A stretch of 64,000 bases of DNA, taken from the IMG/VR virus record IMGVR_UViG_3300032322_002561, positions 62,001 through 126,000 of that record. The stretch is one strand, 5' to 3'. The translations under genes and the position numbers were made by a program. The notes below the pieces were generated by a model. It searched no databases and had not been told where the DNA came from. It worked only from the letters and a program-made list of their open reading frames with translations. Below are positions 45,429 to 55,534 of this stretch, piece after piece. Within the stretch, counting starts at the first letter, position 1; every line of letters starts with the position of its first letter.

Positions 45429-46264
45429 CTTGGTGCAAACTCCTGTTGCAGTTTGATATTGTCCATGAACTCTTTTTTAACACTTGAATCTGTGCTGAAC
45501 ACACCTCGTAACACTGTGGTTTGTGTCAGACTTGAGTGTGCCATGATACCACGATTTTCGCAACAACCGTGAGTGGCCTGGATATACACACCTACGTTGA
45601 CACTGTCTGTGGCTTTCATGATTTCTCGTGCGATGTCATTACATAGTTCTTCCTGAAGTGTACCACGACGAGCACACCATTGAGCAATACGAGTATACTT
45701 AGAAAGACCAATAAGTTTATTGGCAGCAATGATTCCGATATAAGCGACGCCGTTAACAGGCTGGTGATGGTGACTACACATACTACGCAACTCACTGCGT
45801 ACAACCAACATTCCTTCATATCTATCCTCCGAATCGTTAGGGAAAGCAGTAGCATCTGGTGCCGGCTCATAGCGTCCTGCCATGATTTCATTGAAATACA
45901 TCTTGGCCAAGCGACGTGCTGTACCTTGGCTGTTGGGATCTGTTTCGCGATCGATCAACAAAGTGTCTAGCACCTTTTCAAATGCTTCTGTGGCTTCATC
46001 GATTAATTTTTGTTTTTTGTTTTCATCTTCGATAAATTCACTGATGTTGTCTCCAGCCCAAAAGCGTTTGCCCGTGGCTCGCATGTTTTCACGAATCACT
46101 TGGCTCAGTGGGCGTCCTTCATCTAGATCAATCACGGCATCTTCATAACCAGGATGATATGGTGCCTCTGCCACAATACGGCTTTGTTGTAAGACATCGA
46201 ATGTTTTTTGGCTGGCATTATTTTTCACTGCGTTCTCTCTATCGTCACTGGTAAATGTTGTCAT
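45425..46264 (-). CDS. folE: GTP cyclohydrolase I
   Basis: SMCSHH, GLSKYTR, LQE, HGC..RG. Confidence 0.95.
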   Translation of the reverse strand: MTTFTSDDRENAVKNNASQKTFDVLQQSRIVAEAPYHPGYEDAVIDLDEGRPLSQVIRENMRATGKRFWAGDNISEFIEDENKKQKLIDEATEAFEKVLDTLLIDRETDPNSQGTARRLAKMYFNEIMAGRYEPAPDATAFPNDSEDRYEGMLVVRSELRSMCSHHHQPVNGVAYIGIIAANKLIGLSKYTRIAQWCARRGTLQEELCNDIAREIMKATDSVNVGVYIQATHGCCENRGIMAHSSLTQTTVLRGVFSTDSSVKKEFMDNIKLQQEFAPR

Positions 46265-46289
46265 AAGTTCCCTTTATTATACAAGATAT

Positions 46290-46877
46290 TTAGATTTTTG
46301 CAAGATCAAATGGAATTTTCCTCAAGTCTGGATAAATTCCTGGTTGCGCTTTGGGCTCAATGCTTGGTAACAGTTCCAATCCCTTGGCACACAATTCCAA
46401 AGTAGGGCAATAATGCCATCCTAAAATTAATTCTGTTTCTTTCTCCCAGGGAATGTGCAGGTCTCGACCATCTGCACGTTGTCGACTGAACAATTGGTAG
46501 GCGTCTGGATCATCTAATAGTATAGCACCCACTTTGCCTAATTGTAAAGGTTTGGTCCAACCAAAACTCAAGCATTGAAACTGTCCAGGTCTGTACATGC
46601 CCGGTTCTAATCTTCTAGCACTATCCCAGATCCTTGTGTTTGCAAATTGATATTCACCTGTCCAGGGTTGGTCAGATAGAGTAAACTTTATACCCAAGTG
46701 GTACATGAGCATGGGCACACTGAGATAGGTATAGGCCGTGAACCTGGTTTGTTGCACAGCATCGTATCTCATGCAAAGTTCCAAAGCATGAGTACAGCCA
46801 TCTGTGACCACCACATAGGGTGCGCCGGTGTATTTGGCCAAGGCACTTTCAAAATCAAACAAGGCCTGAAAACTCAT
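46290..46877 (-). CDS. Short DegT-like PLP-dependent enzyme
   Basis: DGCTHALEL, WDSA, LSFGWTKPL..GKVGAIL. Confidence 0.75.
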   Translation of the reverse strand: MSFQALFDFESALAKYTGAPYVVVTDGCTHALELCMRYDAVQQTRFTAYTYLSVPMLMYHLGIKFTLSDQPWTGEYQFANTRIWDSARRLEPGMYRPGQFQCLSFGWTKPLQLGKVGAILLDDPDAYQLFSRQRADGRDLHIPWEKETELILGWHYCPTLELCAKGLELLPSIEPKAQPGIYPDLRKIPFDLAKI

Positions 46878-47920
46878 GACATTCTACCTAGATCAACTGT
46901 GCCAAAAAATACATTGCTTAGGGCACGATTTGTATAACTGGCCATGTGTGCAGTTACACCGTGACGATGCAAGGCCGTAAGCACAGTGTCGTTTTCAACA
47001 TCCACAATGATATTTTTACTGTCAATAGACAACAGTCCAACTGGCATGCTGGGCCACAAATTAGACCAAGCTGGGTCTAAGAAATCAATTGCACGTTTGT
47101 ATTCGCTGTTGATGTCAGCAAAGGCATCTGGTACATCAGTGACCGTGACTATTTCCCAGTCTGGAAAAAATTTACCAAGATTTAGGTCTGGTTCGAAACA
47201 TAAAACCAGGCCTGGACAGGGTATCGCAAAAGATTTTTTCCAACGGCCTGAAGTTGTTATCACATGATTCTCACTGTCTGTAAAAATACTATCTATTTGC
47301 TGTTGTGCCCAGACCGCGTTTGATTCCTGTGCTTCAAAGTATCTGTGCGCACCTGCACATGTCACGCTAGACAACAACGTCATGGTGGCTTGATCAACTT
47401 CATGTACAGTGACATAATTTTCAAGTTCTGGCAGAACTTCGTTAAAGCACCCCCACTGACTGGTAAAGTCTTCCATGTGCTTTTGCAGACCATGTATTTT
47501 TTTACATTCTTCCTTGATGGCATCAGGTAAACCTTCAAAGTTTTTGTAATCATTGCAAGCGGGCCATGAAACGTCGGCAACATTTTTGTAAAATTCAGCA
47601 AAGTCAAATTCAATCAAGGGACAATAAAAGGCTTTGTCCGCTATAACAATCAAATTGTTTCTGGGACTATAACTGGCGGCCACATATTTTTTTTGCCACT
47701 GCGGTAGTACCGGATATCTTGTGCGAAATATCTCAACCTCGTGCAACCAAAGTTTGCCCAAGAGCCAGTTGGCATTTTGTTCAATTTCATTGGTGATCAA
47801 TTCAACACTGTTGCGTAATTCTATATCTGTAATATCAACAAAAAGTTCTGGCAGATATGATGTCCCTATCAGACAGGCCTTGAGTGGATCCCAGTCTTGA
47901 TATTTGGAAAATTTTATCAT
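46874..47920 (-). CDS. Divergent amidinotransferase-fold protein
   Basis: WDPLKACLIG, SPRN, terminal TVDL.R; catalytic Cys/His not evident. Confidence 0.55.
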   Translation of the reverse strand: MIKFSKYQDWDPLKACLIGTSYLPELFVDITDIELRNSVELITNEIEQNANWLLGKLWLHEVEIFRTRYPVLPQWQKKYVAASYSPRNNLIVIADKAFYCPLIEFDFAEFYKNVADVSWPACNDYKNFEGLPDAIKEECKKIHGLQKHMEDFTSQWGCFNEVLPELENYVTVHEVDQATMTLLSSVTCAGAHRYFEAQESNAVWAQQQIDSIFTDSENHVITTSGRWKKSFAIPCPGLVLCFEPDLNLGKFFPDWEIVTVTDVPDAFADINSEYKRAIDFLDPAWSNLWPSMPVGLLSIDSKNIIVDVENDTVLTALHRHGVTAHMASYTNRALSNVFFGTVDLGRMS

Positions 47921-49752
47921 GAGTCTATTCTTTCAATTCGATTTCTCAAGCAATCGCTTTTTCTCAAAACATGAAACCCCATGTCGTTGAATTTAGATAG
48001 ATCAATATTGGATTTTATCAAGTATTCTCTGTCTATTTTGTTCCATGTTTCAATGTCGTATTCTGATTTTACCTGGCGATTGATTTCTTGATTACTGTCA
48101 AACAAAAACATTTGCTGTAATAGTTTTATACTGTCAGGTATTTGTCCAAAATATTCTGCACAGTCTAAGGCCAACTCCACGCACTGATCTTTTACTCCAT
48201 GCAAGATTTCAAAACTCTTGGTATACCAAAATTCAAGACCCATGTTGTTGTTAAGGTGTCCTTGAGTAAGCAGTTGAACGATTTCCTTTTCCACTGCTTG
48301 ATATTCCTGTGCAGGCGCTGTGTTTGATGTCTGTAACAGATATTTAAGGCGACTGTAAAATTCAAAATAAGATATATTCAATACATTTCTACAAAAGCGT
48401 GAAATAAGTTGACTGTAACCTTGACAGTGAAAATTTTGTATCAGCCAGCAAAACAAATAACTTTGCACCATATCCTCAGTGGTCATGGTGCTGGTACTAA
48501 CAACTATGTCACCAAATTCTACAATACCGCTGTTGTCAGCGCCGGTATAACTTTGATGATTGTACATGCGCCTGGTTTTAATTTTGTATAAAAACATCTG
48601 AGTGCGATTTATTTCAGTGTTTTCTAAAATTTGCAATAAGGAAATGTTTATAAAATCGTGTTGTCCTGATTCCAATAATTGGCATAAGCCTTGTTCCCAA
48701 CTCTGTCTAGTTTCCAAAGGCAGTCCCAGAATCAAATCTGTATAAGTGGGCAATTTGTATTTGTTTGACAAGCTCAACATGCGTTCAAGATCATTTATCT
48801 CCATGTTGTCGCGTTTGATTACCTTGAGAGTGTCAGGGTTGAGTGTTTGTGTGGCAAGAGTAAGCCCACGAGCCAATTTACCAAATGCCTTGAGTATTTT
48901 AAACACATGCTCGCCACTGTTCTTGGGAAAATTTATGGCCACGTACTCTACAGCACTGTTGGCAAACTTTCGATTCATCATCTCAGCAATTTGTAAATCT
49001 CTTTCTTTCAATATGCCAAAATTTCCATCAGCTATGAAAACTGTGGTCACACAGTTATTTTGGACCAACCAGTCTAGTTCTTGTTCTATGCGTGACAAAT
49101 CAAAATTATATAACTTGCTGGCAGTCAGTGTGCCCCAATCACAGTAGGTGCATGCATAAGGACAACCTCGATTGGTTTCCAATGTTGCATCAAAGTACTC
49201 ATGTGAGTCTCTGTTTTTGACAATGTCATCAAACAGTCCCAACACATAAGGACTTGGATAGTCTAGGTCTTTTATTCTTGGCCCTTTTACCAATTTTTCC
49301 AGAGGTTGACCACTGGCAATTTTGCGCAGTATGTCAACAAAGGCTTGCTCACCTTCGTTGTTGACAATGACATCAATGTAGTCATATTCAGTATGACGGA
49401 TTCCGGTCTGAGGTCCACCAAATACTATGACACAATTGGGCCAGGCTTGTTTGATACACTTGGCCAACTCCAGGCAGTATTGTTCGTTCCAAACATAGAT
49501 ACTGAACGCACAAAGGTTTGGTGCCTTTAGTTCTTGCAACACTTCAGCAAGAGGCTGACGTTTATAGTGTAGTTTGACCAGGCGCCAATTTTGCACCACA
49601 TCGTCAAATTGTTGAGCATAGGCCCACAGACAACTCACAGAATATGGCAACCAAAATTGATACTTGTTTCCAAATTTGACACTGTATTGTGGTTGGAAAA
49701 GATGAATGGCACGTTGAGACATAGTCTCTGTAATTATCGTCGACGTCGTCAA
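47917..49752 (-). CDS. B12-binding radical SAM protein
   Basis: LPYS, FGGP, ETNRGCPYACTYCDWG; paralog of 41325..43334. Confidence 0.88.
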   Translation of the reverse strand: MTTSTIITETMSQRAIHLFQPQYSVKFGNKYQFWLPYSVSCLWAYAQQFDDVVQNWRLVKLHYKRQPLAEVLQELKAPNLCAFSIYVWNEQYCLELAKCIKQAWPNCVIVFGGPQTGIRHTEYDYIDVIVNNEGEQAFVDILRKIASGQPLEKLVKGPRIKDLDYPSPYVLGLFDDIVKNRDSHEYFDATLETNRGCPYACTYCDWGTLTASKLYNFDLSRIEQELDWLVQNNCVTTVFIADGNFGILKERDLQIAEMMNRKFANSAVEYVAINFPKNSGEHVFKILKAFGKLARGLTLATQTLNPDTLKVIKRDNMEINDLERMLSLSNKYKLPTYTDLILGLPLETRQSWEQGLCQLLESGQHDFINISLLQILENTEINRTQMFLYKIKTRRMYNHQSYTGADNSGIVEFGDIVVSTSTMTTEDMVQSYLFCWLIQNFHCQGYSQLISRFCRNVLNISYFEFYSRLKYLLQTSNTAPAQEYQAVEKEIVQLLTQGHLNNNMGLEFWYTKSFEILHGVKDQCVELALDCAEYFGQIPDSIKLLQQMFLFDSNQEINRQVKSEYDIETWNKIDREYLIKSNIDLSKFNDMGFHVLRKSDCLRNRIERIDS

Positions 49753-50702
49753 CGTTTAAGATACCATGCCCATGCATGTTTGATGATATCTTCAAGTTTC
49801 CACTGCGGTTTCCAGCCACTTGCCGCCGTGAACTTGGCACAATCAGCGGTAAGCACAGCTGGATCTCCAACTCGTCGTGTGCCTACATTGTATTCTAGAT
49901 CCTTTTGTGAAATTTTGATGGCACCATGTATGATTTCTAGATTGCTGTAACCGGTACTTGTGCCAAGATTATATACTCCGCTGGCGATGTTGCTATCAAT
50001 GGCCATGACATGTGCATCAGCCAAGTCCTCTACATGCACATAATCTCGAACACAGGTGCCATCCTCAGTTTCAAAATCTGTACCATTTAACACAAAATCT
50101 CCTGTGTTGTCACGCAGGGCTTCCAACACTCTGGCAATGATATGTGTTGCACCAGGTTCTTGACCATGACGACCCTGACTGTCGGCACCACAGGCATTGA
50201 AATATCTAAAACTCACATAGTCAAGACCATATGCTTGACGATAGCTGTTCATGATCATTTCTACCATGAGCTTGCTTTCGCCATAAGGACTGATAGGTTC
50301 CTTGGGATCTACTTCATGACAAGGAGTCATGACCGGTGTGCCGTACACAGCCGCTGAACTTGAAAAAACAAATCTACATGTGGGCATGGTCTTGCACACC
50401 AGATTCAACAATATGATTGTTTTGACCACGTTGTTGTCGTAATATTCGGCTGGATTTTTTATGCTGGGTCCTACGAGGCTGGTACCGGCACAATGTATGA
50501 TTGCATCGGGACGTTCTTGTACAATGCGACTGAGGCTTTCTTTGCTGACAATATCTGCAACAACAAACTGCTTGATGTGATCTGCTAGATGTCGCGGGCA
50601 GGGTCTACGGTCAATGCCAATCACTTCATGACCAGCATCCAACAGTTTCAAGGCAGTCTGTCCACCAATGTACCCAGCAGCTCCGGTTACAACTACTTTC
50701 AT
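49749..50702 (-). CDS. galE: UDP-glucose 4-epimerase
   Basis: TGAAGYIG, SSSAAVYG, YGESK, RYFNACGA, DGTCVRDYVHV. Confidence 0.92.
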   Translation of the reverse strand: MKVVVTGAAGYIGGQTALKLLDAGHEVIGIDRRPCPRHLADHIKQFVVADIVSKESLSRIVQERPDAIIHCAGTSLVGPSIKNPAEYYDNNVVKTIILLNLVCKTMPTCRFVFSSSAAVYGTPVMTPCHEVDPKEPISPYGESKLMVEMIMNSYRQAYGLDYVSFRYFNACGADSQGRHGQEPGATHIIARVLEALRDNTGDFVLNGTDFETEDGTCVRDYVHVEDLADAHVMAIDSNIASGVYNLGTSTGYSNLEIIHGAIKISQKDLEYNVGTRRVGDPAVLTADCAKFTAASGWKPQWKLEDIIKHAWAWYLKR

Positions 50703-51907
50703 GATTCAATTTTCCTTACATGATACTTGGCCCGACTCACATGATCACGATAGCGATTGCCGGCACGGTTCCACTGCTCACCTTGACCTAGAATGATATC
50801 TACAATACGATCTACAGTGCCATCGGTCCAGTCCGAAATGAGTCCCATGTTGTGATGTGGTTGTTCCAACAAGTTTTCCAGCTTGTGAAACGCATCATCT
50901 ATACTCCAAGGAACATAGAGCCGGTTTGGGTCATCGGCAAAAGTTTCAGGGAAACTGCGATAAGCAGGATATAGAACATTGGATCCGAGAGTATCAGCTT
51001 CTGAAACTGTGTTAGACACCCAATCTTGAAGAGCACAATTAAACAATACCCTAGTGTCATTGAGAAGATTGTAGTAATCATTTTTCTTTAAGTTTTCATA
51101 AATTGTTAATTTGCCCTGATGCTCTAGTTCTCTTGCACGATTGATGTACCTAATGTTGTTGCTGCGCAATGGACCGCCTTGAAACACAGAAAACTCAACA
51201 TTTTTATGTCGTCCTTGACTGTGATACATTTCGATCAAGTCCATGTAAAAGTCTGGTTGTTTCTCTTGGTCAAATCTTGCAGCGAAGCCCACACGCATTT
51301 TACGATCAGCAAATGGTCGCACATTCTGTGCACCACCGATGCGTTCTAACACTTCCGCTTTGCCAAATGCCAGTCCACTGATGTTGTAGATTGGTGCAGT
51401 CCAGCCTGCGATCCTCATGTGGGCTACCATCTCTTCGTTGGTGGCCAGCACATGTACATTGGGAATCTGATTTACCATTTTTTCATACGTTGACATCCAG
51501 CCTGCCATGCCCCATACATGAACAAAATCATCCGGGTCAATGGCTTGAGCAAGACAGCGTACAAAAATACGAGGACGCTGAGACTCAGGCACTTGATCCA
51601 GAATATAAGGTAAGCTCTCGATACCGGGCTGAAACATGTCTTCAAAGTAGATAACATCTTCATTGGTAACTTCTCCATTCCTCATCATCTGCACCAGATT
51701 CATCATCTGGCTCATGCTAAAATAACTGCGACCGTGTGCGTCCAACACCTGACCAACACTGATGCTCTGTGTGTTGTCTATGGTGTCGCCCGGCACATAG
51801 ACCACGTCCAGCCCTCTACGATCAAACACACGACGATTCCACTCTGTGAGTTGCAGGGTATAGCGAGCTTCATAGCTCTCCAAGCCCATGTAGAATATCT
51901 TTCTCAT
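50699..51907 (-). CDS. GT-B fold glycosyltransferase
   Basis: ARFDQEKQP, ALQDWVSNTVSEA (E-x7-E-like), YPAYRSFPE. Confidence 0.7.
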   Translation of the reverse strand: MRKIFYMGLESYEARYTLQLTEWNRRVFDRRGLDVVYVPGDTIDNTQSISVGQVLDAHGRSYFSMSQMMNLVQMMRNGEVTNEDVIYFEDMFQPGIESLPYILDQVPESQRPRIFVRCLAQAIDPDDFVHVWGMAGWMSTYEKMVNQIPNVHVLATNEEMVAHMRIAGWTAPIYNISGLAFGKAEVLERIGGAQNVRPFADRKMRVGFAARFDQEKQPDFYMDLIEMYHSQGRHKNVEFSVFQGGPLRSNNIRYINRARELEHQGKLTIYENLKKNDYYNLLNDTRVLFNCALQDWVSNTVSEADTLGSNVLYPAYRSFPETFADDPNRLYVPWSIDDAFHKLENLLEQPHHNMGLISDWTDGTVDRIVDIILGQGEQWNRAGNRYRDHVSRAKYHVRKIES

Positions 51908-52125
51908 ATGTTGCGTCCCAGTCTGCGAGCATCTTCCAGCCACATGTTCTTGGCGTTCTTGCCTTGAGTGAACTTGTTGTACTGTTGCCAGGCATAGGCT
52001 CGGAAGTTATAGAGATCCTCCTCACGGAATCTGTAGCCGTATTCACGGCAAAATTCCAAGAAATCGCCAAGATCTTCTTGACATTGTACAGCACGAGGGT
52101 TGAGCCGATATTCACGCTTGCCCAT
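51904..52125 (-). CDS. Hypothetical protein
   Basis: 73 aa; AAGGA RBS. Confidence 0.65.
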   Translation of the reverse strand: MGKREYRLNPRAVQCQEDLGDFLEFCREYGYRFREEDLYNFRAYAWQQYNKFTQGKNAKNMWLEDARRLGRNI

Positions 52126-52136
52126 GGTATTTCCTT

Positions 52137-52586
52137 TTAATATTTGATTGATAAGTTAGGGCGAGAAAGTTCATACTTGATAAGGCAACCGTTCTCGCCA
52201 TCCTCGGCCACCTCAATCCATACAGCACGCTCAGGATAGCGATCAGCTATCTGTGTATATAGGTCATCTGCGATCATCTCACAACTTTTAAAATCCAGTT
52301 CTAAAACGGAATCCTGACCGTTATACAGCGACTCGAGCCATCGTTTGAACTGGATGAATTCGATGTCCCGGTCATTGTGGAACACATCGATCCACACCCG
52401 GAAATGAAAAATGTGCCTATGAGCATTAGCAAGAAACGATACATCATACTCTCCTGGAGTATTTAACCGGGGATCAGTGGCCGCCGCTGGATAGCGATGT
52501 ATGCCTTCTCTGCGGAATGTGACCCAGATCTTGCGCTCTGCGTGTTCGCGGATGCGTTCTACAGTTTCTCTTTGTTCTTGTATCAT
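52137..52586 (-). CDS. dpdL: QueD-paralog T-fold protein, DpdL-like (putative CDG decarboxylase)
   Basis: LANAHRHIF (LxxxHRHxF), RDIEF, SCEMIA, EDGENG. Confidence 0.7.
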   Translation of the reverse strand: MIQEQRETVERIREHAERKIWVTFRREGIHRYPAAATDPRLNTPGEYDVSFLANAHRHIFHFRVWIDVFHNDRDIEFIQFKRWLESLYNGQDSVLELDFKSCEMIADDLYTQIADRYPERAVWIEVAEDGENGCLIKYELSRPNLSIKY

Positions 52587-52909
52587 CGTTTCAATAACTC
52601 CATGGTTACAATTCGGCCAATAGCTTCACTCAAGTTTTCGTTTTCGGTCACAATGTGCAACTTGCGAACATAGTTGTCGGTCTTGGGATCAGTCCAACGT
52701 GTCTCGATCAAGGTGCCACCCGATACAGTCTGCACACTGAAACGAATAGGATCAGTGAGATCAATCTCATTGTCTGAGACTACAATCATTTCATCTTGTC
52801 CGCGTCTCCTACCTCTAATGGTCAACGGTACAAGAGCGTCATCCTCTCGTAGGTCGCGACTGAAATCCCAACCCCATTTCATCATTCTTGACCATAACCA
52901 TCTAATCAT
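52583..52909 (-). CDS. Hypothetical protein
   Basis: Coupled ORF starting MIRWLW. Confidence 0.6.
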   Translation of the reverse strand: MIRWLWSRMMKWGWDFSRDLREDDALVPLTIRGRRRGQDEMIVVSDNEIDLTDPIRFSVQTVSGGTLIETRWTDPKTDNYVRKLHIVTENENLSEAIGRIVTMELLKR

Positions 52910-53460
52910 TTGTTTACCTTTTGTGTTGTTGCGTTGTGTGAGAAATACAATTCTTGTATGCAAATACCCTTGTCAAGATATTTTAACACATCTACTATGA
53001 GTTCAGCAACACTGTGTGTGGTCATTTTGGCGGCTTTGATATCATGTGATAGTTTGGTGTCTATCCAGTGCGGCATGATGTTGATCAAATTTGGCAGTGC
53101 AAATTTACGCATGGATCTTGCGAATTCTAGTTGTTGAGTTTTTTGTAGTTGATATTCAATACCCAGCAAACTTCCAGATTCCAGGACCACAGCACTGCCA
53201 ATATTCACAATGGTACGTGGTTGACCGTACCAGACCTTGTACAACCGTTTGAGCAGTTCGGTTTGCCCATATTCGTGATAGGCATTGTTTATAAAACAGT
53301 CATAATTCTGTGCTTCTAACACTATGCGATCCAGATCTTGAGACTTGGCAATATCATAACCATTTTCTAGCGCAAAGCCCACGATCTCATGATGGCTTGA
53401 CAATGATGTGTATAGTTCAAGGCCCAGGCCACCGGTATGGCCGGTCATGGCAATTTTCAT
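52906..53460 (-). CDS. Short-chain dehydrogenase/reductase
   Basis: TGHTGGLG, FINNA, NIGS, YQLQK. Confidence 0.8.
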   Translation of the reverse strand: MKIAMTGHTGGLGLELYTSLSSHHEIVGFALENGYDIAKSQDLDRIVLEAQNYDCFINNAYHEYGQTELLKRLYKVWYGQPRTIVNIGSAVVLESGSLLGIEYQLQKTQQLEFARSMRKFALPNLINIMPHWIDTKLSHDIKAAKMTTHSVAELIVDVLKYLDKGICIQELYFSHNATTQKVNK

Positions 53461-53990
53461 TTGACAGGTTTATCTTGGCTGTATTGGTCCCAACTAGTAA
53501 ACTTGTTGCGATCCAGTAGGTCATGTAGACTGTGACACCATACTCCAGCATTGGTAGCAGCAAAATCACGATCATCCAACTTGATTGTGGCATTGTAGCC
53601 CAGTTGATTTAGATAGGGCAACTTGACCGAGATCATGGGAATAAATTTGTGATGTTCAACTAGGCCTGATTCCAAGAGCCCCTCTACTGATTTTACATCT
53701 AGGTCCAAGGTACACCAATAGTTTCTGTCCAACAAGGCCTGCACCATGTGTTCCCAGTCCCGCCAAGTTTCTGCATCGTTGGAGTCCGGATTGGGGAAAC
53801 TGTGGTTGGCTCCAAAATACACATGTGTAATTGGCAGTTTGCTACGCCGGTCTGCTTCGCCTATTTGCCATAAAATCTGATCTACTGATTCAACACCCAC
53901 CACGAACATGGTTCTGTGTTGATAGCATGGTGTGTGTTCAATTTCGGTACCTACAAAAAATCTTGTTTCCTCGTGTCCTTGACGATTCAT
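53457..53990 (-). CDS. Hypothetical protein coupled to dpdA
   Basis: FFVGTEIEHTP, HVYFGANHSF, TNAGVWCH. Confidence 0.7.
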   Translation of the reverse strand: MNRQGHEETRFFVGTEIEHTPCYQHRTMFVVGVESVDQILWQIGEADRRSKLPITHVYFGANHSFPNPDSNDAETWRDWEHMVQALLDRNYWCTLDLDVKSVEGLLESGLVEHHKFIPMISVKLPYLNQLGYNATIKLDDRDFAATNAGVWCHSLHDLLDRNKFTSWDQYSQDKPVK

Positions 53991-55531
53991 AACAACTCCT
54001 CTAGTTGATCCAATTTGTCCTGATCAAGCTCATCTGGATCGGTTGCGGCAACTTCCTCAACATCAAACAGAGCGTCAAACATGGGTCTGGCACTGACCAA
54101 TCGTTTGCCAGTAAATCCACGTGTACCAATGATCAGATCCAAGACCTTGCCATAGTGTTCAATTCTTTCAAGACTACGTTGGCGATCCTGTTGACTAAAG
54201 ATATCTTCTACAATGTTACGGAAATCGTTATCGGGTGTGGTGCGTCCGGCCAGCATGTTGGGTTTTTGTCCACGATCGTACAGTTCATTGGCCGTTTGCA
54301 CAGCATTGATATGACTCCAACAGTTGTGTCCCATGAGCAAGGCATAGCTGAATGAATCCCAAGATGTCTTGCCTTCTTTGCCAATCTTGTTGAGATCGCC
54401 TGGACGATACACACAAACATCGCTGATGTTGAGTCGTTTGCTTATGGGCGATTCCTCAAAAACAGGATGAATGTTATCCTGCGTCACAGCGTCACGGAAA
54501 CTGCGTGGGTCAGTGGCATACTTCTTGTCATCGGCGGTGGGAGCCATGCTGTAGGTCCACTTGTCGAGTGATTCATAACTGCTGTTGTAGTAGAGCTGAC
54601 CATTGGCAATGGCCAAGAATGGTGATGCACAATCAAAGCTGATGGTAAAGTTTGGATTGTGATAGTGTCTGATCGCACGCTGAATATCTGTTAGCAGGCA
54701 AGCCCACTCTAGTTTGCTAGTGCCCAAAAAGTGCATCCAGTCGTGTATGCCTGTTTCTAACAGTCCGTCGTGAATGAGATTCACAATGCGTCGTAGCACC
54801 AAGTGTACGTCACACATGTTTTGTCCTCCCATGCCCCAACCATTGAAGTGACGTCCTGGATACTGAGCCGGGTCCGAATACTTTTTCATGGTCTCATACC
54901 ATGCGTCAGCCTCTACATGGTTGGCACCTTGTAGCACATTCAAGAACCGAGCACCACCATTTTCAATACCTTTGCGATTGGCAATAAAATAATCATTGTT
55001 GTAGATAGTGGCTTCTACTGCATCCTGATAGTTGCGGATGCCAGTTTTCTTTGTAGAACCTGGCCACTTGGAAGTCCAAGTGGGAATGTCCAAGGTCAGG
55101 CCGTATGTGGCAATGCCATCCTGCCACTTCAACACAGCCTCACGTTTTTTTTGTGCCTTGGGGCATCCGCTATTGGCTTTCCAATCACCTTCCCATACAC
55201 CTTTGGCAATTTGGAATCCACCTGAATCGCACAACAAGGTTGATCCAGGGTCACGATTGCGCAACATGTCCTCTTTGGGATTGAACTTGCTAAGATCTAA
55301 GTCGGCGTGTCCAGCCGAATACAGAGCCCACTGATACGGAAACAGACCTTGTTGTGGATTCAAAAAATTCATCATTTCCATGTCCGGCATGTTCTTGGGC
55401 ATGCGAGTCTGATCCACATAATTTTCATGACGTTGGCGACCAATATAGGTTGAATAAAAACTACTAATGGCCGGCAAAAAGATTGCGTAGTCTTTCTGCC
55501 TTGCAGTCAGGTCATGTTGGCTGAATTCCAT
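53987..55531 (-). CDS. dpdA: TGT-family transglycosylase, DpdA-like (deazaguanine DNA insertion)
   Basis: DSGGFQ, LDIP, VLQG, GMGG, HFLG, SFD; near folE/queD/queE. Confidence 0.8.
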   Translation of the reverse strand: MEFSQHDLTARQKDYAIFLPAISSFYSTYIGRQRHENYVDQTRMPKNMPDMEMMNFLNPQQGLFPYQWALYSAGHADLDLSKFNPKEDMLRNRDPGSTLLCDSGGFQIAKGVWEGDWKANSGCPKAQKKREAVLKWQDGIATYGLTLDIPTWTSKWPGSTKKTGIRNYQDAVEATIYNNDYFIANRKGIENGGARFLNVLQGANHVEADAWYETMKKYSDPAQYPGRHFNGWGMGGQNMCDVHLVLRRIVNLIHDGLLETGIHDWMHFLGTSKLEWACLLTDIQRAIRHYHNPNFTISFDCASPFLAIANGQLYYNSSYESLDKWTYSMAPTADDKKYATDPRSFRDAVTQDNIHPVFEESPISKRLNISDVCVYRPGDLNKIGKEGKTSWDSFSYALLMGHNCWSHINAVQTANELYDRGQKPNMLAGRTTPDNDFRNIVEDIFSQQDRQRSLERIEHYGKVLDLIIGTRGFTGKRLVSARPMFDALFDVEEVAATDPDELDQDKLDQLEELL

Positions 55532-55534
55532 GAG

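Noticed and set aside
46290-46877. Pseudogene call for the short DegT-like gene
   Set aside because: Intact coupled ORF retaining the PLP lysine motif; no frameshift remnant seen
53987-55531. Canonical tRNA-guanine transglycosylase (tgt)
   Set aside because: Lacks the CxCxxC zinc motif, is larger and divergent, and its context fits DpdA
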